Assembly: GCA_964468895.1 (NCBI GenBank)
Contig: CAYXWT010000033.1
Coordinates: 1 to 8,711, forward strand
Reading direction: 5' to 3'
Origin: an uncultured archaeon
GTDB taxonomy: Archaea; Iainarchaeota; Iainarchaeia; Iainarchaeales; CSSED10-239
DNA: 8,711 bases
The position numbers and the translations under genes were made by a program. A model generated the notes under the pieces. It had not been told where the DNA came from. It made no database searches and saw only the letters and a list, made by a program, of their open reading frames with translations. Below are positions 1 through 6,699 of this stretch, piece after piece (position 1 is the stretch's first letter; the number at the start of each line of letters is the position of its first letter).

Positions 1-54
1 GTAGAAGTAGTTAAAGAAGAACCTAAGGTAGAAGTAGCTAAAGAAGAACCTAAG
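1..54. repeat. Two tandem copies of a 27-nt unit (in-frame 9-aa repeat)
   Basis: 1-27 is gtagaagtagttaaagaagaacctaag and 28-54 is gtagaagtagctaaagaagaacctaag. They match at 26/27 positions; the single t>c change gives V>A. Confidence 0.9.
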
Positions 55-69
55 GCAGTTAAAGAATAG
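1..69 (+). CDS. 3' end of an upstream CDS (partial); K/E/P-rich repetitive C-terminal tail, product unknown
   Basis: Frame 1 is open from the window edge and reads VEVVKEEPKVEVAKEEPKAVKE, ending at TAG 67-69. It is on the same strand and tightly spaced with the downstream S28e gene. In many archaea L7Ae sits upstream of S28e-L24e, but this tail carries no diagnostic L7Ae sequence. Confidence 0.45.
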   Translation, partial: VEVVKEEPKVEVAKEEPKAVKE

Positions 70-81
70 AGAATTAATATA

Positions 82-87
82 AGGTGA
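82..87 (+). promoter_or_regulatory. Shine-Dalgarno site for S28e
   Basis: AGGTGA lies 7 nt before ATG 95. It is complementary to the conserved archaeal 16S 3' end (...GAUCACCUCCU). Confidence 0.6.
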
Positions 88-94
88 ATATAAA

Positions 95-304
95 ATGTCT
101 GAAGAAGGAATTCCTGCTGAAATTGTAGATATTGTAGGAAGAACTGGTTCAAGAGGAGAAGCAACACAAGTTTTGTGTAGAATCCTTGATGGCTATGAAA
201 AAGGAAGAATAAAAAAAAGAAATGTAAAAGGAAATGTTAGAAAAGGAGATGTCCTTATTTTAATGAATCCAAGTTCTGAAGCTAAAGATATTAAAGCACG
301 TTAG
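95..304 (+). CDS. rps28e: 30S ribosomal protein S28e (eS28)
   Basis: The 69-aa product contains PAEIVDIVGRTGSRGEATQVLCRIL...GRIKKRNVKGNVRKGDVLIL, the characteristic S28e core. It has an SD site upstream and sits in the conserved S28e-L24e pair. Confidence 0.93.
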   Translation: MSEEGIPAEIVDIVGRTGSRGEATQVLCRILDGYEKGRIKKRNVKGNVRKGDVLILMNPSSEAKDIKAR

Positions 305-308
305 GTGA
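303..308 (+). promoter_or_regulatory. Shine-Dalgarno site for L24e, overlapping the S28e stop codon
   Basis: In TAGGTGA, the TAG (302-304) is the S28e stop. AGGTGA ends 4 nt before ATG 313. Confidence 0.55.
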
Positions 309-312
309 TTAT

Positions 313-519
313 ATGAAATGTACATTTTGTGGAAAAGAAATAGAAGAAGGTAAAGGTACAATTTATGCTAAAAAAGATGGTACTAAATATTATTTTTGCT
401 CTAATAAATGTAAAACTAATTTGTTAGATAAAAAATATAAATCTCATAAAACTAGATGGACACAAGCATATCATCTTGAAAAACAAAGGCATCTTAAAAA
501 GCTTCTAAAAGTAAAATAA
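313..519 (+). CDS. rpl24e: 50S ribosomal protein L24e (eL24)
   Basis: The 68-aa product has the zinc-ribbon pattern C-x2-C...C-x3-C (CTFCGKEIEEGKGTIYAKKDGTKYYFCSNKCKTN) followed by ...KTRWT, typical of L24e. Confidence 0.93.
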   Translation: MKCTFCGKEIEEGKGTIYAKKDGTKYYFCSNKCKTNLLDKKYKSHKTRWTQAYHLEKQRHLKKLLKVK

Positions 520-540
520 TTTTTCTTTTTTTATTTTTTT
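520..540 (+). terminator. Oligo-T tract (possible archaeal termination or attenuation signal)
   Basis: tttttctttttttattttttt begins immediately after the L24e stop. Archaeal RNA polymerase terminates at T-runs. Function is unproven in a genome this AT-rich. Confidence 0.4.
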
Positions 541-572
541 AAAATTTAATTAAAAATATTATATGCGAGAAT

Positions 573-2333
573 GTGTTAAATTTGTTAAGACAACCAATAA
601 TTACAATTATGGGTCATATTGATTCTGGAAAAACAACTTTGTTAGATAAGATTAAAGGTACAAGTATTTGCGATAAAGAAGCAGGTAAAATAACTCAACA
701 CATAGGAGCTACAGAAATTAATATTTCTACAATTAAAAAAATTTGTGGACATTTAGTTGATAAATTTAAATTTGAATTAAAAATAAATGGTTTGTTATTT
801 GTTGATACTCCTGGACATAGTGCATTTGATAATCTTAGAGAAAGAGGTGGGAGTTTAGCAGATCTTGTAGTTTTAATAATAGATATAAATAAAGGTCTAC
901 AAGCTCAAGATATAGAAACATTACAAATACTAAAAATGTATAAAGTTCCATTTATAGTTTTGGCAAATAAAATTGATTTGATTAAGGGTTGGCAACAAGA
1001 TCAAAATGATATTTCTGTAGCTCTTAAAAAACAAAGTGAAGATATTAAAGATCTTTTAGATGAAAAAATATATACTATTGTTGGAGAATTATTTAATCAT
1101 GGTTTCTCTGCAGAAAGATTTGATAGAATTGATGACTTTAAAAATACAGTTGCTATAATACCTATCTCAGCAGATAAATATTGGGGTATACCAGAATGTA
1201 TTTTGTTTTTATCAGTTTTAAGTCAAAAATTTTTAGGAAAAAAATTAGAAATTGATGTTAATAATAAAGCACAAGCAACAGTTTTAGAAGTTGGTGAATT
1301 ACAAGGTTTTGGTGCTACTGCTGATACTATAGTTTATCAAGGAGTTTTAAAAACAAAACAAGGAATAATATTTCCTACCAAAAATGGTTATAAAAACTCT
1401 AAAGTTAAAGCTTTACTAAAAATAAATGTTTTAAGTGCTGTAGATAAGAAAAAGCAAGATTTTAAAATTGTAGATTTTGTTTCTGCTGCTGCAGGTGTAA
1501 AATTAGTTGCACCTGGAATTAGCGAATGTTTACCTGGTGGAGTAATTGTCTGTGATGATGATTTAGAAGCAATTAAACATTTAGAAGCAAAGAAGTTCTC
1601 TTGTTTTGAAGATGTTACTGAAGAAGGTGCATTTATTAAAGCAGATACTTTAGGTTCTTTAGAAGCTCTTAGAAAATTATTTCAAAAAGAAAATATTTGT
1701 GTTGCAAAATCAGATATTGGTGAAGTTACAAATAAAGATATTTTAAAATTAAAAATATTGCATAATAAAAATTCAAAAAAAGGTGTTTTATTTTTATTTA
1801 ACACTAAAATTTCAAAAGAATTAGATGAAGAAATAAAAAAATTAAAAATACCTATATTTAAAAATAATATTATTTATAAATTAATAGAAGATTATCAAGA
1901 TTGGTTAGAAATAATTAATAAAAAAGAAAAAGATAAGCTTCTTAAAGAAATAATTTATCCTTGTAAATTTAAAATTCTTAGAAATCATATTTTTAGAAGT
2001 AGTAAGCCTGTTGTTGTAGGTGTTAAAATTTTAGAAGGAAGATTGGTTTCAGGTTCTAAGATAATTATTAATAATAAACACATTGGAGATGTTAGTGCTG
2101 TTCAAAGCGAAGGTAAAAGGGTGGCTATAGCACAAACTGATCAAGAAGTTGCTGTGTCTATTAAAGGGGCAACTTATTTAAAAGATTTTAAAGAAGATGA
2201 TGTTTTAGAAGTACAATTAAATTTAAATTTAATATCTAAATTAGAAAATATTCTTGAAGATTTAGATTCTAGCGAATTAGATTTAATAAGAACTGCAAAA
2301 AAAAGAATATATAGTAGTAATAATGAAAAATAA
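573..2333 (+). CDS. infB: Translation initiation factor aIF5B (IF-2 family GTPase)
   Basis: GTPase motifs are GHIDSGKTTLLDKI (G1), VDTPGH (G3) and ANKIDL (G4). There is extended similarity to aIF5B through RERGGSLADLVVLIIDINKGLQAQDIETLQILKMYKVPFIVLANKIDLIKGW. The 586-aa length is typical. The start is a GTG with no obvious SD. Confidence 0.92.
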   Translation: MLNLLRQPIITIMGHIDSGKTTLLDKIKGTSICDKEAGKITQHIGATEINISTIKKICGHLVDKFKFELKINGLLFVDTPGHSAFDNLRERGGSLADLVVLIIDINKGLQAQDIETLQILKMYKVPFIVLANKIDLIKGWQQDQNDISVALKKQSEDIKDLLDEKIYTIVGELFNHGFSAERFDRIDDFKNTVAIIPISADKYWGIPECILFLSVLSQKFLGKKLEIDVNNKAQATVLEVGELQGFGATADTIVYQGVLKTKQGIIFPTKNGYKNSKVKALLKINVLSAVDKKKQDFKIVDFVSAAAGVKLVAPGISECLPGGVIVCDDDLEAIKHLEAKKFSCFEDVTEEGAFIKADTLGSLEALRKLFQKENICVAKSDIGEVTNKDILKLKILHNKNSKKGVLFLFNTKISKELDEEIKKLKIPIFKNNIIYKLIEDYQDWLEIINKKEKDKLLKEIIYPCKFKILRNHIFRSSKPVVVGVKILEGRLVSGSKIIINNKHIGDVSAVQSEGKRVAIAQTDQEVAVSIKGATYLKDFKEDDVLEVQLNLNLISKLENILEDLDSSELDLIRTAKKRIYSSNNEK

Positions 2334-2362
2334 TAATAAAAAAATAATAATATTGATTTGTG

Positions 2363-2367
2363 AGGTG
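2363..2367 (+). promoter_or_regulatory. Shine-Dalgarno site for S6e
   Basis: AGGTG (within tGAGGTGt) lies 7 nt before TTG 2375. It falls inside the ORF-track extension, which starts at GTG 2360. Confidence 0.5.
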
Positions 2368-2374
2368 TGTGATT

Positions 2375-2782
2375 TTGAAAATAAATATAGCTGATCCAAA
2401 AACAACTAAAACTTATAATGTGGAAGTAGATGATAAAGTAAAATTATCATTTATAGGTAAAAAAATAAAAGATGAAGTAAATTTATCTTTTATTGATAAA
2501 TCATTAAAAGGTAAAATAACTGGCGGATCCGATAAAAGTGGATTTCCTATGTATTCTTCTTTAAATTTAGAAGGTCGAAAAAAAGTTCTTATACCTAATG
2601 GCATAGCTTTTAAAGCTAAAAAAAAAGGTGAAAGAAAAAGAAGAAAAGTTGCTGGAAGTATAATTTCTGAAAGTATTCAACAAGTAAATGTTAAATTAAT
2701 TGCTGGTGAAGGAAAAATACTTGAAGAAAAATATGCAAAGAAAAAAGAAGAAATTAAAGAAGATACTAAGGGTAAAAAATAG
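2375..2782 (+). CDS. rps6e: 30S ribosomal protein S6e (eS6)
   Basis: The N-terminus KINIADPKTTKTYNVEV matches the canonical S6e start, followed by ...ITGGSDKSGFPM...GRKKVL...GERKRRKV. I prefer TTG 2375 because of SD spacing. The ORF track gives GTG 2360, and GTG 2369 is also possible. The stop is fixed at 2782. Confidence 0.88.
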   Translation: MKINIADPKTTKTYNVEVDDKVKLSFIGKKIKDEVNLSFIDKSLKGKITGGSDKSGFPMYSSLNLEGRKKVLIPNGIAFKAKKKGERKRRKVAGSIISESIQQVNVKLIAGEGKILEEKYAKKKEEIKEDTKGKK

Positions 2783-2803
2783 TTTTAGTATTTTGATAAA
2801 AAT

Positions 2804-2807
2804 GGAG
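2804..2807 (+). promoter_or_regulatory. Shine-Dalgarno site for aIF2-gamma
   Basis: GGAG (ggagtg) lies 11 nt before ATG 2819. The same GGAG+11 geometry recurs before the PIN and Rpo7 genes. Confidence 0.5.
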
Positions 2808-2818
2808 TGTTAATTATT

Positions 2819-4012
2819 ATGAAGAGTATACAACCTGAATTAAATATTGGTGTTATAGGTCATGTTGATCATGGAAAAACATCTTTAACATCAAAATTAA
2901 CTGGTACTTGGACAGATAAACACTCTGATGAAATTAAGCAAGGTATATCTATTAGATTAGGATATGCAGATGCACCATTTTATAAATGTACTAAATGTAA
3001 AGGTATTCAAGCATATAGTGTTAATAAAAAATGTGCTCTTTGTGGTAGTGAATGTAAATTAATTAAAAAAGTATCTTTTGTAGATGCACCAGGTCATGAA
3101 ACTTTAATGTCTGTTATGCTTTCTGGAGCTACTCTTTTAAATGGAGCAATTCTTGTTATTGCAGCAAATGAAGATTGTCCACAACCTAGAACTATTGAAC
3201 ATTTTTCAGCAATAAAAATGCATGGTATTAAAAATTTAGTAGTTGCTCAAAATAAAATTGATTTAGTTTCTAAAGAAGAAGCTAAAGAGAACTATAAAAA
3301 AATAAGAACTTTTTTAGATGAAGAAGGTTATAGCGAATCCCCAATAATTCCAACTTCAGCTCATTTTGATACTAATATGGACGCTTTAGTTTATGCTTTA
3401 TTAAAATATATACCAACACCTGAATTTGATTTAGATGCTCCATTGAAAATGAGAGTAATTAGATCTTTTGATATAAATAAACCTGGTAGTGATCTTAAAA
3501 ATTTAAAAGGTGGAGTTTTAGGTGGTGCTGTTTTACAAGGTACTCTTAAAAATAAAGAAAAAGTTTGGTTGTATCCTGGTATAAATAAACCTATGGAAAT
3601 AACTATAAAATCATTAAAATCAGGAAGCTCATCATTTGATTCTGTACATGCAGGAGGATTAATTGCTGTTGGTACTAGTTTAGATTCAAGTTATACTTTT
3701 GGAGATAGGATGATTGGTCAATTACTATGTGTTGAAAAATCTAAACCATTAATGGGTGATGTTTTAAATATTAAATTTACAAAAATTGAAAGACTTTTAG
3801 AACTTAATAAAAAAGATTTTAAAGTTGGAGAAAAGATTGTTTTAATAATTGGATCTTCTGCTAATTTAGGTACTATTCAAAAAATTAAAAAAGATGCAAT
3901 ATCTTTAGTTTTAAAAAATGAAACTGTTTATTACGAAGATGAAAGAATAGCAATTAATAGATTAATAAATGGTCGTTGGAGATTATCTGGATATGCAGAA
4001 ATTAAAAAGTAG
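2819..4012 (+). CDS. eif2g: Translation initiation factor aIF2 gamma subunit (GTPase)
   Basis: The sequence has QPELNIGVIGHVDHGKTSLT (G1), VDAPGHE (G3) and QNKIDL (G4). It also has the gamma-specific zinc knuckle CTKCKG...CALCGSEC. ATG 2819 is preferred over the ORF-track GTG 2807, which overlaps the SD. Confidence 0.93.
   Translation: MKSIQPELNIGVIGHVDHGKTSLTSKLTGTWTDKHSDEIKQGISIRLGYADAPFYKCTKCKGIQAYSVNKKCALCGSECKLIKKVSFVDAPGHETLMSVMLSGATLLNGAILVIAANEDCPQPRTIEHFSAIKMHGIKNLVVAQNKIDLVSKEEAKENYKKIRTFLDEEGYSESPIIPTSAHFDTNMDALVYALLKYIPTPEFDLDAPLKMRVIRSFDINKPGSDLKNLKGGVLGGAVLQGTLKNKEKVWLYPGINKPMEITIKSLKSGSSSFDSVHAGGLIAVGTSLDSSYTFGDRMIGQLLCVEKSKPLMGDVLNIKFTKIERLLELNKKDFKVGEKIVLIIGSSANLGTIQKIKKDAISLVLKNETVYYEDERIAINRLINGRWRLSGYAEIKK
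3978..3981 (+). promoter_or_regulatory. Shine-Dalgarno site for the PIN gene, inside the aIF2-gamma 3' end
   Basis: GGAG lies 11 nt before ATG 3993. Confidence 0.4.
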
Positions 4013-4421
4013 TTTAATTAAAGATATTAGAAAAAATGAAATTCTAATAGATACTAATGTTTTAGTATATATGTATGAAAATAAAAAAGATATTTTTGAA
4101 TTTGCAAAAAATAAAATTTCTAATGCACATTTTATTGTGTTAGATAAAACTATAACTGAACTTGAAAAAGTCTATAGTAATAAAGTTCAAAAATTAAAAT
4201 TGATAAAAAAATATTTAAGTAAATTAGAAGAAATAAATAAATTTGAAATTATGGAAGTAAGTGCTAGTTTAAATTCTCAATATCGTAATGTGGATTCTTT
4301 ATTAGTTTATTTTTGTAAAAGATATATTATATTTACAAATGATAAAAAGTTAAAATTAAGAATTAAAAGAAAAAATGGTAGAATTTTAAGTTTAGGTTCA
4401 AAAGATGTTTTTATAAATTAA
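3993..4421 (+). CDS. PIN-domain endoribonuclease, Fcf1/Utp24-like (archaeal COG1412-type)
   Basis: All four PIN acidic positions are present: ILIDTNVL (D), TITELEK (E), NVDSLL (D) and IIFTNDKKLKLRIKRKNGRILSL (D). The last motif resembles the Fcf1 C-terminal motif. The position between aIF2-gamma and rpoE' is conserved across archaea. The start is ATG 3993 (20-nt overlap with aIF2-gamma) or ATG 3969 (44-nt overlap). Confidence 0.75.
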   Translation: MQKLKSSLIKDIRKNEILIDTNVLVYMYENKKDIFEFAKNKISNAHFIVLDKTITELEKVYSNKVQKLKLIKKYLSKLEEINKFEIMEVSASLNSQYRNVDSLLVYFCKRYIIFTNDKKLKLRIKRKNGRILSLGSKDVFIN

Positions 4422-4476
4422 ATTATGTTTATATTATATATAGAATTTAATTTTTATAATTAAAATTTGTAATTTT

Positions 4477-4480
4477 GGAG
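4477..4480 (+). promoter_or_regulatory. Shine-Dalgarno site for Rpo7
   Basis: GGAG (ggagtga) lies 11 nt before ATG 4492. Confidence 0.5.
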
Positions 4481-4491
4481 TGATTGTTAAA

Positions 4492-5091
4492 ATGGGTTAT
4501 AAGAAATATAGTGCAAAAGCAATAATTTGTATATCTCCTGTAAAATTAGAAGGAGAATTAAATGATATTATTTTAAGTCAAATATCAGATGATTTAGAAG
4601 GAACAGTTTCAAAAGAAAGTGGTGTTATAATTGCTGTAACTAAAGTTTTAGAACATAATGAAGGGGAAATTGTACCTGGAGATTCTAATGTTTTTTTTAG
4701 AGCAGGGTTTGAATTTGTAACTTATGTTCCAGAATTACATGAAATAGTTCCTGGTGTGGTTACACAAGTTACTGACTTTGGTGCATTTATTAAAGTTGGA
4801 CCTTTTGAAGGTTTGTGTCATGTATCACAAATTATGGAAGATTTTAATTCTTATAATCCTGAATTGCCAGGTTTTGTTGGTAAAGAATCTAAACAAACTT
4901 TAATTGTAGAAGATCAAGTTTTAACTAGAATTGCAAATGTTAGTTTAAAATCAACTATTGCAGATTCTAAAATTGGATTGACGATGAGACAATTTGGTTT
5001 AGGTAAAGAAGAATGGAAAAAAGTATCAACTAAGGATGATAAGAAAACCAAAAAAACCAAAAAGGATACTAAAACTAAAAAATCTAAATAA
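4492..5091 (+). CDS. rpo7: DNA-directed RNA polymerase subunit Rpo7 (E')
   Basis: The N-terminal Rpb7-like domain is followed by an S1 domain (VPGVVTQVTDFGAFIKVGPFEGLCHVSQIMEDFNSYNP). This closely parallels archaeal RpoE' sequences. It ends in a lysine-rich tail. ATG 4492 is preferred over the ORF-track GTG 4480. Confidence 0.87.
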   Translation: MGYKKYSAKAIICISPVKLEGELNDIILSQISDDLEGTVSKESGVIIAVTKVLEHNEGEIVPGDSNVFFRAGFEFVTYVPELHEIVPGVVTQVTDFGAFIKVGPFEGLCHVSQIMEDFNSYNPELPGFVGKESKQTLIVEDQVLTRIANVSLKSTIADSKIGLTMRQFGLGKEEWKKVSTKDDKKTKKTKKDTKTKKSK

Positions 5092-5113
5092 ATTATAAAA
5101 ATTACTTTTAATT

Positions 5114-5118
5114 GAGGT
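5114..5118 (+). promoter_or_regulatory. Shine-Dalgarno site for Spt4
   Basis: GAGGT lies 7 nt before ATG 5126. Confidence 0.55.
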
Positions 5119-5125
5119 TTTTATT

Positions 5126-5359
5126 ATGAATATGAAAGCTTGTAGAAAATGTAGAAAACTTATTGAAGAAAAAGAAATTGTAGGACCAAATGGAAAACCT
5201 AAAAAAGAGATTGTAAAAGAATGTCCTATTTGTGGATCTAAAGCTTTTACTACATTTTGGAAAGGAAATGCATTAATTATAGACCCTGAGAATTCAGAAA
5301 TTTCTAAAGCTATGAACGTAGAAACTCCTGGAAGATATGCATTAAGATTAAGTAGATAA
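5126..5359 (+). CDS. spt4: Transcription elongation factor Spt4 (RNA polymerase subunit E'')
   Basis: The product has the zinc ribbon CRKC...CPICGS followed by TTFWKGNALIIDPENSEISKAMNVETPGRYALRL, the Spt4 NGN-binding core. It sits directly after rpoE', as in most archaea. Confidence 0.86.
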   Translation: MNMKACRKCRKLIEEKEIVGPNGKPKKEIVKECPICGSKAFTTFWKGNALIIDPENSEISKAMNVETPGRYALRLSR

Positions 5360-5376
5360 AATTGTTATTTAAAAAT

Positions 5377-5381
5377 GGTGG
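5377..5381 (+). promoter_or_regulatory. Shine-Dalgarno site for S24e
   Basis: GGTGG lies 6 nt before ATG 5388. Confidence 0.5.
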
Positions 5382-5387
5382 TATTTT

Positions 5388-5756
5388 ATGAATATAGAAT
5401 TGCAAAAACAAAGAAATGATTTACTTTATAGAACAAATATAGTTGTTAAAGTAATAAATAATAAAACTCCTTCTAGAGTTGAACTTTTAAAAAAAATAGC
5501 TGCAACTTTAGGTTGTGATGAAAGACTAATTGTTGTTGATAAGATAGATCAAGAATATGGCACACATAGTTCTTTAGCATATGTTAAATTATACGATGAC
5601 TTTAAGCATTTAAAAGATATAGAGTTAAACTATAAAATAAAAAGAACTGGTGAAATTGAAGAAGTAAAAGAAGAAGCTAAAGCAGAAACTAAAGAAAAAG
5701 TTAAAGTAGAAGCTAAAGCAGAAGTTAAAAAAGAAGTAAAAGAAGAAACAAAATAG
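5388..5756 (+). CDS. rps24e: 30S ribosomal protein S24e (eS24) with a K/E-rich C-terminal extension
   Basis: The core NDLLYRTNIVVKVINNKTPSRVELLKKIAATLGCDERLIVVDKIDQEYGTHSSLAYVKLYDD matches the S24e pattern. It is followed by a roughly 34-aa low-complexity tail. Confidence 0.88.
   Translation: MNIELQKQRNDLLYRTNIVVKVINNKTPSRVELLKKIAATLGCDERLIVVDKIDQEYGTHSSLAYVKLYDDFKHLKDIELNYKIKRTGEIEEVKEEAKAETKEKVKVEAKAEVKKEVKEETK
5673..5744. repeat. Imperfect tandem duplication of a 36-nt unit inside the S24e tail
   Basis: Units 5673-5708 and 5709-5744 both begin gaagctaaagcagaa and share about 30/36 positions. They encode EAKAE-type repeats. Confidence 0.7.
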
Positions 5757-5781
5757 ATTTTAATCTAATTGTTTTTATTAT

Positions 5782-5787
5782 AGGTGA
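5782..5787 (+). promoter_or_regulatory. Shine-Dalgarno site for S27ae
   Basis: AGGTGA lies 7 nt before ATG 5795. Confidence 0.6.
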
Positions 5788-5794
5788 TGATTAA

Positions 5795-6019
5795 ATGGGT
5801 AAGAAAAAAGGCGGAAAAGAGAAAAAAGGTAAGAAGACACCAACTAAAACTGCAAGAGTAAAAGTTAGTAAGTTTTATACTGTTACAGGTAATTCTTTAA
5901 AAAAGTTAGGTAAAGATTGTCCTAAATGTGGTATAGGTTATCATATGGCTGCTCATAAAACTAAAGATAATAAAATTAGATATACTTGTGGTAAGTGTGG
6001 AATGAATTTATGGGAATAA
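5795..6019 (+). CDS. rps27ae: 30S ribosomal protein S27ae (eS31)
   Basis: The product has the C4 zinc ribbon CPKCG...CGKCG with ...FYTVTGNSLKKLGKDCPKCG...MAAHK..., typical of S27ae. It also has a lysine-rich N-terminal extension and follows S24e as in the conserved archaeal pair. Confidence 0.88.
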   Translation: MGKKKGGKEKKGKKTPTKTARVKVSKFYTVTGNSLKKLGKDCPKCGIGYHMAAHKTKDNKIRYTCGKCGMNLWE

Positions 6020-6036
6020 TTTAATATTTGAGAAAT

Positions 6037-6561
6037 ATGAATTTTGTTTTAGATGTATTTCTTTTTTTGATTCCTCTATTTTTTATATTTTTAAAGAAAC
6101 CTAGTATTTCTTTTAAAGAATTATTACATTTACAAGGTTTAAGAAAAATATCTTTTAAAAAATTAATTAATTCTATTTTTTTAATTTTATTTTTACTATT
6201 TTTTTTTGCATATTTATTAAATTTTGTATCTTATATTTTTAATATCTCTGATTTGGAATTAGTTTCTAATAATATTATCACGTATTCTATTTTAGAAATA
6301 CTTTATTTATTTGTTATTAGAGTGTTTGTTGAAGAATGGTTTTTTAGATCTTTTTTAGTTCCTAGGTTAGGTGTGTTTTTTTCAAGTTTACTTTTTGCTT
6401 TAGCACATTTTGGATATGGTTCTATAATTGAAGTATTTGGAGCTTTTGCTTTAGGATTTTTACTTTCTAAAATTTATTCTTTAAATAAAAATATTTTACC
6501 AAATTTTATTTCGCATATGATTTATAATTTTATTGTATATTTGTTGCTTATTTTAGTTTAG
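6037..6561 (+). CDS. CPBP-family intramembrane glutamic endopeptidase (CAAX protease / Abi-like)
   Basis: The protein is strongly hydrophobic and multi-pass. It has all three CPBP motifs: EEWFFR (EExxxR, nt 6331-6348), FALAH (FxxxH) and HMIYN (HxxxN). ATG 6037 is preferred; the ORF track starts at TTG 6028. Confidence 0.8.
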   Translation: MNFVLDVFLFLIPLFFIFLKKPSISFKELLHLQGLRKISFKKLINSIFLILFLLFFFAYLLNFVSYIFNISDLELVSNNIITYSILEILYLFVIRVFVEEWFFRSFLVPRLGVFFSSLLFALAHFGYGSIIEVFGAFALGFLLSKIYSLNKNILPNFISHMIYNFIVYLLLILV

Positions 6562-6606
6562 TTTAATATTATGTAGTTGATAACTTTATAGACTAAATTA
6601 AAATTA

Positions 6607-6626
6607 TTTTTATTTTTCTGTGTTTT
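6607..6626 (+). terminator. Cluster of T-runs, probable end of the plus-strand operon
   Basis: tttttatttttctgtgtttt (T5, T5, T4) begins 46 nt after the CPBP stop. It is the first T-run cluster after about 6 kb of tightly spaced co-oriented genes. Confidence 0.45.
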
Positions 6627-6699
6627 ACAATAAGGGTGTTTATTTTATGTACATAGTAAGATTTTATGATGTTCTTTTTACACACTTAAAATTAGTTAA

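Noticed and set aside
1-69. Calling the upstream partial gene L7Ae on synteny alone
   Set aside because: Only a low-complexity tail is visible, and it contains no L7Ae-specific sequence. Synteny is suggestive but insufficient.
2413-2604. 63-aa minus-strand ORF from the ORF track
   Set aside because: It lies entirely antisense within the well-supported S6e gene. It has no SD and a low-complexity composition, as expected from the reverse complement of a K/E-rich coding region. It is most likely spurious.
3969-4421. PIN protein as a VapC toxin of a toxin-antitoxin pair
   Set aside because: No small antitoxin ORF precedes it, because the upstream gene is aIF2-gamma. The position is the conserved archaeal slot for the Fcf1-like PIN protein, and the C-terminal TND..L..R motif is Fcf1-like.
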